Shown piece after piece: positions 13,481 through 24,901 of a stretch of DNA of 64,000 bases. The position numbers and the translations under genes are program-made. This DNA is from Massalongia carnosa (lineage: Eukaryota), in the NCBI GenBank assembly GCA_965645245.1, contig OZ287076.1:1240001-1304000 (forward strand), in the 5' to 3' direction. Under the pieces are notes generated by a model that was given only the letters and a program-made list of their open reading frames with translations, made no database searches and was not told the origin of the DNA. Positions within the stretch are counted from its first letter, which is position 1, and every line of letters begins with the position of its first letter.

Positions 13481-14950
13481 ATGGCAATGTTTGATGACAC
13501 CTTCGACGAGTTTCCTCTTCACCCATCCTTGCGGATTCCTCCGCTCATGGACCCGTTTCCATTTCTCAACGCCGCATCAGACAGGCCATCGCCTTTGGAG
13601 CCCAATGCTGGCGTCAACACCCATATAGACAACGAAACTGCAAAGCTGACCGGACGGCGAAAGGCATTAGCGGAGGCAAAACCTTTAGGAGAATCGGGAC
13701 TGACCGATCTACGGCCCTTGCCAAAAAGCCCACGCAAGAGACAGAAACTCTATGATCATGAGCGTATTGCCGAGTTTGTTCAGCTTCCGAAACCGGAAAG
13801 TAAATCCAAGGAAGGCAAACCACTCCCCTTTGAGCCCATTTCGGTTCTCCATGAATTGCATGAGCCTCCTCCAAGCGCTGCGCTCTTTCCACCCATCACG
13901 CCGAGCGTCAGGCAGGACGAGCAACACTGGATTAAAACATCCGCAAAGCACACGAAGCCTGCAGAACCACTTTCCGCGAAAAAGAAGGTGGGCAACGAAG
14001 GAAACAACAATGAGCTAACCCCAAGGAGACTCAGCCTTCGACCGCGGATGAAATGGTCAGAGGCAGAGACAGAATATCTACTCAAAGGCGTTGCGATATA
14101 CGGCATGGGGAAATGGAAGAAAATACTCAACCATCCTGAATTCGCCTTCCAGCAGGGAAGAACGCCGGTGGATCTTAAAGACCGGTGAGCTTTCATTATC
14201 CTGCTTTTCAGAAACGGGCATACCGGGTTTGACGATCGCCGAGTTAGCTTTCGCACTTGCGCTCCGCAGATACTCCCAGATAGTTCAGCGATTACTGCAG
14301 ATCGGCGCAATAGCCACGCCAATAGTCCTATAGATCAGGCCACCATTGCTCCACAAGTCTGTGATCGGAAAAGGACGGGAAGCCCGGGACCTAACCGCAA
14401 AAAAGCTCGGAAGAGGCCTTGGAGTGAAAGCGAAGATACGGCGCTCGTGGAAGGATATCGCCTACACGGGTTTCAGTGGACGGTGATTGCCAAAGACCCC
14501 AGTCTCAAGTTCAACAATAGATCGGGCCCGCAAGTGCGGGATCGCTTCCGGCTCAAATGCGCCGATCTCTACAGCCATAGAGCCTTGGTGGGGGTGGGAC
14601 AACCTGCATCTAGCGATGCAGCATCATATAAGCCCCCAGAAACAGAAGGTCCTGGATATGCTAGGGCGAAGACCAAAGCTTGGCACGAAGATAGCGAAGA
14701 TGGGGAACAGGATAACGCGGAATACGAGCAGGACACACCGGAACCGCCACACAGGAAGTCCCACCACGTTGAAGTTAGAGCCTCCGTTCCGCCCTCAACG
14801 CCCTATGGCATCATGGGCTTGCTCAATGACGAGGAATACGATAGTCGGCCTTCGTCATTTCGTTTCGAGGGTTGGGACGAGAACGTCACACTGCCGCCAC
14901 TACTGCTGTGGGAGGATATGGCTACGAGACCGATGTTCGAGCTGGAATAA
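13481..14950 (+). CDS. Two-repeat Myb/SANT (telobox-like) DNA-binding protein
   Basis: KWSEAETEYLLKGVAIYGMGKWKKIL..RTPVDLKDR|FR and PWSESEDTALVEGYRLHGFQWTVIAKDP..RSGPQVRDRFR; intron at about 14185-14248. The LKDRFR motif resembles TRF/Tay1-type telobox repeats. Confidence 0.85.
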
Positions 14951-15247
14951 GTAGAGGGTGAACCAAGCAGTAACAAATTAAAAAAAGGATATATTTTGTA
15001 AATACCAAGCAAACCATCATTTTCTCGACGTAACTCTTGAGCAGCGCCTGCGCTGCTTTGCTAAGGTAAAGTACCCCCCCCCCCCCCTCTTCAACGCCGT
15101 TGCGGGGGGGGAAAACCCCAACCCCAATGCGGCGATTCTTGTCGAATGAATCGAGATCGACGACCACCACCTGCGTTCCGCCCTTGAACCAGAACTGCAG
15201 TGCATCATTTTTTCCGATGATGTTTCCAACCTTCACTCTTCCCCCCT

Positions 15248-16060
15248 CTACTCCCGGTAACTCCTCTCCACCTTGCATGGCCGCTTCGCCTGCGTTCGAG
15301 ACGGCTCCTCCCCCCTCCCCCTCTTCCTCCCTCTGGGCGCAACAGGAGCCGCACGAACAGGCAGAAGCGGAGCCACAACCAAAGCAGCCGGCGCCACCGG
15401 TCCTGCTTCTCCCCCTTCCTCCTCCTCTTTCTCCTCCGTCCTCGCCACCTCTATACTCTCCATCACCTCTTCCCCGTCCCGCAAACTCCGCGTGGGCAAA
15501 TGCTGCACGCCCTCGAACTCTGCTAATTCGTCCCGCTCCGCCTCCCACGCCACCTTTCGCACCAGCTCCGACGCCATCTCGCTGGTGGTCGTGGTGAGGG
15601 AGGAGGAGGAGGAGGGAAGGCCGGGCATGCCGTCCGGAAGGGCGGGCGCAAGGCAGGCGAGGAGAACGGCGGGGACGGTGTTGCAGATGTGGTTCCGTAG
15701 GCGGAGGTTATGCTCCTCGAGGAGCCGGATGCGCGCTTGTAGCTGTGCCACTGGGTGACGGTTAGGTGAAGTTGTATAGTGCAGGGTAGGTAGATGGATG
15801 ATCAGGAAGGAGGGTGACTTACTCAACGCGTCTTTCTGCTGGCTGGTAAGCGGCACAGGGGACGAGACGGCGTGTGAGACAGCGAGCGAGACGGGCGACC
15901 AGGATGGGGTGCGGATGGGGCGGAGAGGAGGAGAGGTGGTGATGGGAGAGTAGCGCGGAGAGCCAACGTCTTGGCCCTCTCCAAGGGCGGCGATGGTGAC
16001 AGCGACGAGGGCGGAAAAGGAGCGAGAAGAAAGCACGCCAGCATGCTGTGAGGATGCCAT
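15248..16060 (-). CDS. Orphan protein (about 246 aa spliced) with a short coiled coil, an acidic patch and a basic NLS-like C-terminus
   Basis: ATG 16060, TATAAA at about 16358-16363, CT-rich leader, and a canonical 72-nt intron 15822-15751 (GTAAGT..CTAAC..CAG). No family recognised. Confidence 0.55.
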   Translation of the reverse strand: MASSQHAGVLSSRSFSALVAVTIAALGEGQDVGSPRYSPITTSPPLRPIRTPSWSPVSLAVSHAVSSPVPLTSQQKDALSKSPSFLIIHLPTLHYTTSPNRHPVAQLQARIRLLEEHNLRLRNHICNTVPAVLLACLAPALPDGMPGLPSSSSSLTTTTSEMASELVRKVAWEAERDELAEFEGVQHLPTRSLRDGEEVMESIEVARTEEKEEEEGGEAGPVAPAALVVAPLLPVRAAPVAPRGRKRGRGEEPSRTQAKRPCKVERSYRE

Positions 16061-17191
16061 TGTTGATGGTAAGCCGAGGGGAAAGAGAGAAAATGCGGGA
16101 AAAGGTCTTGGTGGTAGCGAGGGGGGAAACGAGAGAGGAAGAAGGAAGAAGCACAAAAGGCAAGGAGACTTGGTGGTGGTGGTGATGGGGGAAGAACTGA
16201 AATTGCGATCTGCGCAATTGGTGATGGTGATGGAGGTAATGATATGAGAGCTGGTGATTGGAAGGTAGTGGTGCTGTGGTGAGAGCTGGTGAAAGGTAGA
16301 TGTAGGTTGAGGAGAAAGGAAGAAGAGGAAAGGGAAGTGAGAGAAGATTGAAGGGCATTTATATCCTGCAAATGAGCTAGACGGTGTACAATAGAAAGAT
16401 ACTCGACAATGGCGATTGGGGACTACAATAGGGTCGGAACGTGGGAAATGTGTTGAGCTATAGGAAAATGTGTTGCTAGCTTTGAGGGAACGGGGGGGGT
16501 GACAATAGCATGCGGATAGGGATTTGAAACGACAATGCTCGGTTTTTTGAGACGACAATAAGAGATGTGAGCTTACCTGGCTGTATAATATAAGGAGACA
16601 ATAGTATATATCTTTTATATAATATAAAAAGAAAGGTCATATAGAATTGTAAATAAGAGGAAGAGTTGGGTATAAGCACAAGAAGAAAGAGCCTGATGCC
16701 ATTTTACAATGGATTATAACGACGATGGTGCGTTGACAATGATATGAAGAGTAATAGCAGAATTTCGATAGGAAAACTCTAGATAGCGTCAACGCTAACG
16801 TCTCTTCATAGAGGAATCATACACCGAAGGGAACGAACCACCCACCTTCAGTGAAACCAAAGTGAAGTGAAATACTCCTTCACAGATTGAATGAGTATCC
16901 CGAAAGAGGGAGAGCATTCAGATCGTCGTGTAAACGCATTTGTATCAAGACTCTTGTCTTCACAAGTGATCCCATTCCAGATTCAAGACTCAGGAGCTTC
17001 TCTCATAGCAGTCTTAATTTTTTTGGAGACAATCAAAAAGAACATGTGCATTGCCATAGTGAAGACCTCAGGTTCTGTTGCGCCAGCCAACCCACTCGCT
17101 GAAATTGCAGCAAACCCGTTCCCAGCAACTCACTCTGATCAACCAATGCCCAGCTCGACACTTTTTACATTTTCTTTCTCCTCTAGCTGCG

Positions 17192-17749
17192 TCACCATGA
17201 ATTTCTATCCCAGTTGGGGTCTGCTATGCAATTAGCTAGGCAGACCAAGAAAATCTTAGACTGCAAGGTTTTGGTACCTTGCACAAAACTTGCGAGCACT
17301 TTGCTCCCCGTTTGCAACAGTGGATGCCCTACCACGATCTGTAAGAATCGCTGCAGGCCCTCCCTTCTATGATCGATCACATCGTCGCTGAACCGATTCG
17401 TAAACACCTTCCCTGGTAGCGGTGGGATCGTCACTCGAGCGCTTTCCCGCTCCAGAATGTCCCGGAAGTACTCGAAATCCGAGTAGCGGCGCCGCACCGT
17501 GCTGTGTTTGAGCTTGAAGGCTGGAATGTTGGTTCTGCAAACGATCTCGTAATCGGTGTACATTTTGCGCGAGGTCCCGTGCGTCATGGGGTTTTTAACC
17601 TCCAAAAGAAAGTCCCGTCAACTCTTAAAGACGCTACGAGAAGCTAGGGAGTTATTAAGGAGGATGCAAACCTCTATTTCCAGGAAATTTTCTGGGGGAC
17701 CATATATTTCTTCGAAGCTCTGCTGCCTCGCGTCAGGCATAGCCTGCAT
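17192..17749 (-). CDS. SNX3: Sorting nexin-3 (PX domain)
   Basis: [68 protein letters not shown]; two introns. Confidence 0.95.
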
Positions 17750-19085
17750 GATTTGAAATAGGGAGAGAAGAGGATGCGACTGTTGCGTTTAAGACTTGGC
17801 CGCAGTAGGTTCCAAGGTGGTCGGCCGTAGAGCTGCGTAAGTAGGAAGGATATATCCTCAACTTAGGTATGAGTAAATTTATGGGTGATTGTGAGTCGAG
17901 TGTGTAGGGAGTCAAGAAGAGCGTGGAGCTGATGATAACGATGATGGTGACGGTGACGGTGGTGACGTGGACGTCGAAGTGATGCAGGCGGGGTCTGTGA
18001 AGGGGGGCGGAAGCGAAAGAATACGGAAGAGATTCGCTACGCATTTCGATTTCGAATTTCCACCCTCTTTCTACCATCGTCTCCCTCCACCATCTACCCC
18101 TCCACTTCTCCTCTCTCTTTTCTGTATCCTACCACTATCCGCTCGGTGCTGGACCTTCTCATTACATGAATCTCCCCACCTAGGAACGGGATATGTCAAA
18201 GTTCTTATTTTCTCACAATGTTCTAAACCAGCTCTAAGTTCCTGGTCTTCTCGACTGTTGACTGCATAAACTAGAATTTTAATACCTATGGCCATTTATT
18301 ATCCTGCTCCTCTTTCTCAGGCCACGAAGAGATACACATTCCAAGGCTTAGAAGGTGCTTCGCGTAGCAACAATACATTTGTCCTTAGGCTTAGCTCCCT
18401 ATGTTAGAATTGCGTTCTCCATCCTTTTTGAAATACCTGTTTGTAATCCTTTCTCCATTGTCCACTAAACATGGTGAATTTTCATATGCTTTTTGATTCC
18501 GAGGCTTCAAGCTCTGAATTGAGTATTGTGGAATTTCTTTGGAAAGTACTTATTAACTGTAGGGTCATCTTGTTAGGTTTCGACCACATACTCATTTTGC
18601 GAAGAAATAGCGTTTTATAGCTATTGCTCATCTCACGTATCTATTCCACAGAAAAACTGTAGCTGTTCGTTCTAGCTACATCAATCCATTGGGCTATTGA
18701 CATCCTTACTCGGTCTCTGCATGATGCTCGATGTACAGTCTTTCCTGATAACCCCAGGCATTTTGTAGCCCACACCATGAAAAATTCTACCCCTCGAGGA
18801 TTTCATCCATCTAACATATGAATACTACCTAGGATCAATGTACCCACTGCCTGAACAGCTAATCAACCAACCCCTGGTTTGTTTGGGGTTATATGCGTTG
18901 CTGCATTATCACATGGTATCGTGGCTGACTCGGCTTGCGGGTCCCTTCCACCATGGGTTTGCCTATACATCGTACCTTCTACAAATAGCTTATGGATCAT
19001 CGTCCTTGTTTCGCTTAGTTTATTCCTCTGTCCAGATCTACCCAAACCTTGCCACATCCCCTTTTTCTACTGTTTTATACTAGCC

Positions 19086-20860
19086 ATGGCAATACAGGTG
19101 ACTCTCCTCACTCTGCTTGTTGCAGCCCAAAATGCAGGATCTTTTCCGTTACCAGGAGTCAATTCATTGACTTTTCCGAGGTGGTTGGAACCCCACGATT
19201 CCATTATGGGTGCGGTAATGGTGTTCGGCGGAAATTCCGGCGATGCTCGAGGGGGAACGTGGTGGGCATTGGCTTTTTGTGCGCTCTTGCTAATCATTTT
19301 GACGGGATTTTTAGCTGGACTGAGTTTAGCTGTCATGAGCATTGATCTATTGAGGTTGAAGGTCTGGACTAGGGCTGGGAGCTTAAAACAAAGGTATAAG
19401 TCTTCTGATTTCTCTGATATAATCCAAGAGAACTCGAGCTGATTTAGGAGGGTTCTAGACGATATGCAATAAGGATCCTCGAGGTTCGCAACCGACCGAA
19501 CTGGCTTCTTACGTCTCTTGTCCTGGCTTCTGTCATGGTTGCGGAAGGTTTGCCCTTGATCCTGGACCATCTGTTTAGGCCAGGTAGCTATGTCGCCTTT
19601 ACATTATCGACCGTTGCCGTTGCTCTGCTGGGGGAAATTATTCCGCAATCGATTATGCCACTCTACATCCTGGATATAGGCGGTCGGTGCACTTGGCTTG
19701 TTAAGACTATTATGTGGTTAATGGCTCCAATCGCGGGTCCATTGGCTTACGCCCTGAGAGCATTCAAGAAGTGGCAGATAAGAAGAGAGCCAAACAAGGT
19801 GGATGGCATCCTGGAAATGGACGGACTGGTGGAATTTGTGAGGCTTCATGAGCGGAGCGAGGAGAATGGCGGCGGACTGATTGAGGATACTGGGTTTTTC
19901 GTCAGGACGATGATGGAAAATCAAGATGGGGTTGTTGGTCAAGATGTCCGGCCATGGTCGGCTGTCACCCTTGTGAACGCTGCGTCGTTGGTCTCGCCTA
20001 AGATCTTCGAGAGGGTTCGGTCCTGCAGCGATCCCTATGTGCTTGTAGTCAAGGGTGGAACGGAAATAGAGGAAGAAAGCCCAATCACCATTTACGATGT
20101 TCACGGTATTTTGCTCGTTAAGGTATGTGTTTTGGGAGATGTGTACCTGCAACTTCTGTTCAACTTTGCAGGAATTCCTTCTTTCCAACGATGAAAGCGG
20201 TTCGGCCGTGATCGGTGGCCTTCCGTTTCGCCCTATTCCTATCGTCCTGTCGACATGTTCAATACATGGCCTATTGGCATTACTCACAGAGGAAAGGCAC
20301 TCGTAAAGACTCCTTTTACATGGTATCTTCTCTCTGTCTTGGACAGGTCTAATCGATCTAGGTGCGCCCTCGTGGTTTCTGCCGCTCACGAGAGCTTAGC
20401 TCACCACATCGACGACATCATGTCCATCCTGGCCGACCTCGACCCTGAAATCGCAGGCTCCCTCTCCCCTCTCGGAATTATAGACTATCATGACCTCGTG
20501 TCGCGCGTGCTGCTTGGCCAAACCTCGCACTACCGCCTCCAGCAAGCCACGGAAAACCAGTTCGGTCATGGGAGTCTTGGTAGGCAACAACAGAGGCCTT
20601 CATCTTCATTGTGTGAGGAGGACACCACCGGGACCGTCGTCCGGAGAAGACACCCCGCTCCCGCCATTGGGCTCCTCCCTTTCGAGGTCGATGGCGTAGG
20701 CAGTGGGACCGAAGCCGCGCCGCAACAGCCGAGGACGGTGAGTTTGGGGGCGTGGGCGCCAAAGGGGAGGATCTTTCAGAGGTTTAGCATGTCAACTAGC
20801 GGACAGACGTTTAGACCTAGGCGTTCGCTGTTTGCGTATTTTGGGAGGAAGGAGGACTAG
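19086..20860 (+). CDS. CNNM/DUF21 transmembrane-domain protein (divergent Mam3-like)
   Basis: Signal-peptide-like N-terminus, then GFLAGLSLAVMSID, WLLTSLV..EGLP and LLGEIIPQS motifs typical of the CNNM domain; CBS-like region is poorly conserved; about three introns. Confidence 0.75.
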
Positions 20861-21660
20861 AGGATAGGAAGGCAATGATGATGATTAGTAGTTTTTATAA
20901 GTTATCATATGGGCCGGAAAATATGTTAGCGGAATTTTTATTGTTTGGCGAAGAAACAGATGACGAAGGCTGAGTGCGCACAGAGTTTGATGGCCTCTGA
21001 CGGGGCCGGACTCAATGATGGGCAATCCATTCGACGTGGTACGCGAAATAATAGCAACTAAAAAGGAACCAAGCGAAAGGTTCCTAGGAGCGACCCACAA
21101 ACCGACTTCTTGGAGAAACTATAAGGGACACTCTAGCCTCTAGAAAACCATTATGCAACTCGTGGACGAACCTTTACGGAATGAATCCAAGAAACCATAG
21201 CATTGACCTGTAGGCAATGGGTTGTTTCCCATTTGTCACCCCAACTCGCATTCCCCAGCCCCGACGAATTGGGGTATATCTTTAATACATGTCAAAGAAA
21301 CCAGAAACCCACCTTCACCGTCCTCACCCGATTCCTGCTCCTCCAGATATGAGTAACCGCCATCAAGAAGCCGCAGAAGATAACTACGAGAAAAGGTACG
21401 TCTAGAATACAGCGGTTTTTTAAGAGGAAGAAACCAAAAAAATCGAAGGGTCTGGTTTTAGAGGGAACCCCAACCTTTAGGTATGTCGATTTAAAATCTT
21501 GAACGAAGCGGCTTTTTCTGCTTGTAGTGGTGTCTGTTTTAGACTTATAACGCGACGAGGGTGGATTGGAAATCAAGGGAGCGAGAGTTCGTCGAAACAC
21601 TCGATATTGAACATTCGCAGGCGAAAGACGTACTCGTCCTCGATGTTATGAGAACCTGCT

Positions 21661-23368
21661 TTACTCCTGCCTCGTCCGTTTCGCACCATGGGGATTCCAC
21701 GTGGTGTCTCCAGCGCCGACGCTCTGCTGTTGCTGCGCCTGCGGGAAGAAGGCCGGGTTGTAGTGCGGCTGGGCTCCTGGAAAGCCGACCGGTCCTGTGT
21801 GCGATGGGCGACCATTTAGCATCCCGTTCTGCTTATGTGCGTAGCTAATAGAGCTCGCAGTGGGGACGGGGTGAGAAGGAAAATGTGCTGGGTCATGACT
21901 AGGGACCAAAGGAAGATAACGCGTAAGGGGTGCCCAAGTAGGACGATGGGAAGGTGGAGGGCGGCTATTGCTAGATGTTCCTCCTGCACTAATAAAGGCA
22001 TTGGCATCTCGTTCGGGAGATGAGCAATGCCCCGCCGGAATGGGAGACGATACATACTGCCCCGCCGGTGGGGACGAGGCATAGCGTGGTCTTGCCAGGA
22101 TGACAGAGGACGGCTGTGATTCTGCAAGGTTGACATAGAAGTTATTGTAAGAAACTTGCATACCTTGCATTCCCATCGCAGCTCCCATCTGTGGCATGCC
22201 CATCGCCATGCCATTCATTTGGGCTCCTATAACACCCATCCCCATGTTGCCCATCGGCATGCCCATCATACCGGTTGCACTCATCCCTCCTCGTCCACCT
22301 CGCATATTCATCGCTCCGCCTCGCATGCCACCAATCCCGCCTCGATTTTGAAATCCTCCGTAAGGTGGCATGCCGCTCATAGGAGATCCCTGAAAACCTC
22401 CCATTTGCGGCACCGGAAAGCCCCCTGTCATCGACTGTTGGAATCCTCCACGGTTGTAGCTGGGCATGCTGTTCATCCCTCCGCCTCGGTTGTTGTATCC
22501 ACCACGATTTCCACGGTAGCTGTTACTTGGACCATTCATGTTAAAACCCATTTGCTGTGGAGGGATGTTGCTCATTGCCCCTGTATTCCCGTAGTTACCC
22601 GATGTAGATCTATTATTGTTCGGGGCATTGCTATTCCTCATGGGCCCGTCTTTTGGAAGAGTCCGGAAAGGATTTGTGTGAGGACTGGTATAGCTAACGG
22701 TAAATTTCTTCGTGTACTGCTGACCTTCGCCAAATGATTCGATCTTGTGCTTCGCCGCCGTGGCTGCCTGCGGTGATTTGAACAAAACGTATGCCTGCCT
22801 ATACGCCGTGCATTCATTAGCTCGTGAGCCAATATTCCCATGCGTTGACACTCGTAACTACTCACCCTTTACTTTTACCATTAACTTTATGCTCGCTGAA
22901 TGTGATATCCTCAAGTTCATCTTCACACTGGCTTTGATTTGCCCAACCACGGACATCGTCATCAGTGACCCACCAATGCAGTTCCGAGATGAAGAGTGCT
23001 GTAGTCGCGCCAGAGTCGATTAACCTATCATCAGAGCCGTCTTTACGCTTGAGACCTTGAGTTTGAGGGGCTTGTTTCGGGAGATATACCGCGTCTTGGG
23101 TAGAGTCATCAGTGCTTGCAATTTTCTGCGCTACCTCACCTGTTTCCCGCTGTCCGTTTTCAAGCTTCGATTCTGGATATGATTCCTGACCATTGTTTGC
23201 TGGAAGCGTCGCTTGATCGGTGCCAAAAGGTATATCGGGGCGAGCAGTAGATGAGTGCTCTGTCGCATCTTCCATCTTTGTTCCTTCTTCCTCTGGGGCG
23301 CCTTGCTGATACTCCTCACCTCCATCGCCATAAATATCAATGTCGAAATTGTCTTCCTCAGTAGCCAT
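21661..23368 (-). CDS. RRM protein with Gly/Met-rich low-complexity tail, CPSF6/CFIm68-like
   Basis: MATEEDNFDIDIYGD start; RRM ALFISELHWWVTDDD..FSEHKVNGKSKG|QAYV; RGG/GM-rich region; C-terminal NPHGAKRTRQE. Confidence 0.8.
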
Positions 23369-24521
23369 TTTAGGAGAAGTGGTTTGGCTTATCAGCTAGC
23401 GAATCTGATTGTCAATTTGTTTTACAGACAATGAGGTCTCGAAGAGCTTGAGGTAGAATTACAGGTCTGCAGAGCGCCAGCAATTTAATTAGCGTTGAAA
23501 GAGACAAGGACAACATCATGTATCAACAAGACCAAGGGTCGCTGTTCCAGCACCTCTTTGATACTCGCATCGTGAACAACAAACGCGGCAAAGGAAGGGA
23601 CGACGCCAGCGTGAAGATGCTAAGCAAGAATACGTACAGTAGAAGGGAGATCACTAAAGAAAAAGGTCTGGCATTGAACACTTTAGTAGATAACAGAAGC
23701 TTTCCGCCTGCTGCCTTCGGCGGCAAATGCAGGGTTAGAGTCCCGGGAGGACAGCGAGGCACTTAATTAACTCCTCAACATACAAGATCCACATAGAATG
23801 CCAATCCCATTCAGAATAAAAGAATGATGAGAGTTTTGGTTAAGTAGAACGACGTTGAGAGACCCCCCAATAACACTCGTGTTTCGCAAGGTTCGTTCCC
23901 CTCAGTCTTGTTAATGTGAGCGTTGACGGAGGATAGCTAGAAAATGTACAAGAAGAGAGAGAAAGGAAGTAAGATAAAGATCAAGAGATTTTTTGCAGCA
24001 GCAAACAGAGAGACTTGGCAAAGGATGTACTCTGTAAGGGAGGTTGACAAACTGCGTACTGAATAAGATATGTAATGGTTTGCGAAAGATTTCGAGAGTA
24101 GGTACTCTGTACTAGTAACTCTGTACTCCGTACAGAGTAATATATTACGAGTACGCCGTACCTTAGCTCTGTCAAATAGTCCCCAAGCCCTATTTTGTTG
24201 CATTTCAGCCTCAGTGCTGGGAAATCTTGGAGTTAATAGTAGATCTCATACTGCTAGTCAGTAATCAGTTAGCCAACAGACATAAGCTAGCGGTACTCCG
24301 TAGTAGTTGAAGCTGAAAGGACAACAAGTTTCTCGATGTGTCTTCCATACAGAATTCTGTTCGCCCTTCTTCATCAAAGTCTACGAGTAAAGCAGCAATC
24401 TCAAACCCAAACTGTTATTTTCAGTCAATATTATTGCATTTTCCTACACCTAATCTGTTCGCTCACATTCAGCAATTCAATCGATAGTTTGTTTCAGCTT
24501 CCATTGCTTCCATACCTAAAG

Positions 24522-24901
24522 ATGTCCGACCAGATCAAAGAAATCGCCGATATACCCCGAGAGTTTCTCAGAGAGGGGACACAGTTCTTAAATAGGTTAG
24601 AGAATCCCTTAATCCCCGAAGGTAGTTCTCCTACTAACACAAAGCAAAGGTGCACGAAGCGTAGGTGGATATCATTTTGCGGTCCATATACAGCAATAAC
24701 TAACACAAGCTGGAATTAGCGGATAAGCGGGAGTTCATTAAAATTTCGCAGGCTGTGGGTGTTGGATTTGTGGTCATGGTAAATCATGGTATGTATACTG
24801 AGTGGTTTCACTGGGGGCTAATTGAAGAATAGGGGGCGATAGGATATGTTGTAAAATTGATACACATCCCGGTTAACAACATATTAGTGGGAGGAGCGTG
24901 A
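24522..24901 (+). CDS. SSS1: Sec61 translocon gamma subunit
   Basis: MSDQIKEIADIPREFLREGTQFLNR|CTK|PDKREFIKISQAVGVGFVVM|GAIGYVVKLIHIPVNNILVGGA; includes an 11-nt exon at 24650-24660. Confidence 0.95.

Noticed and set aside
14922..16371. Multiple overlapping Pro-, Gly- or Ser-rich ORFs on both strands
   Set aside because: By-products of GC-rich low-complexity sequence; only the frame with ATG, TATA and intron support was kept.
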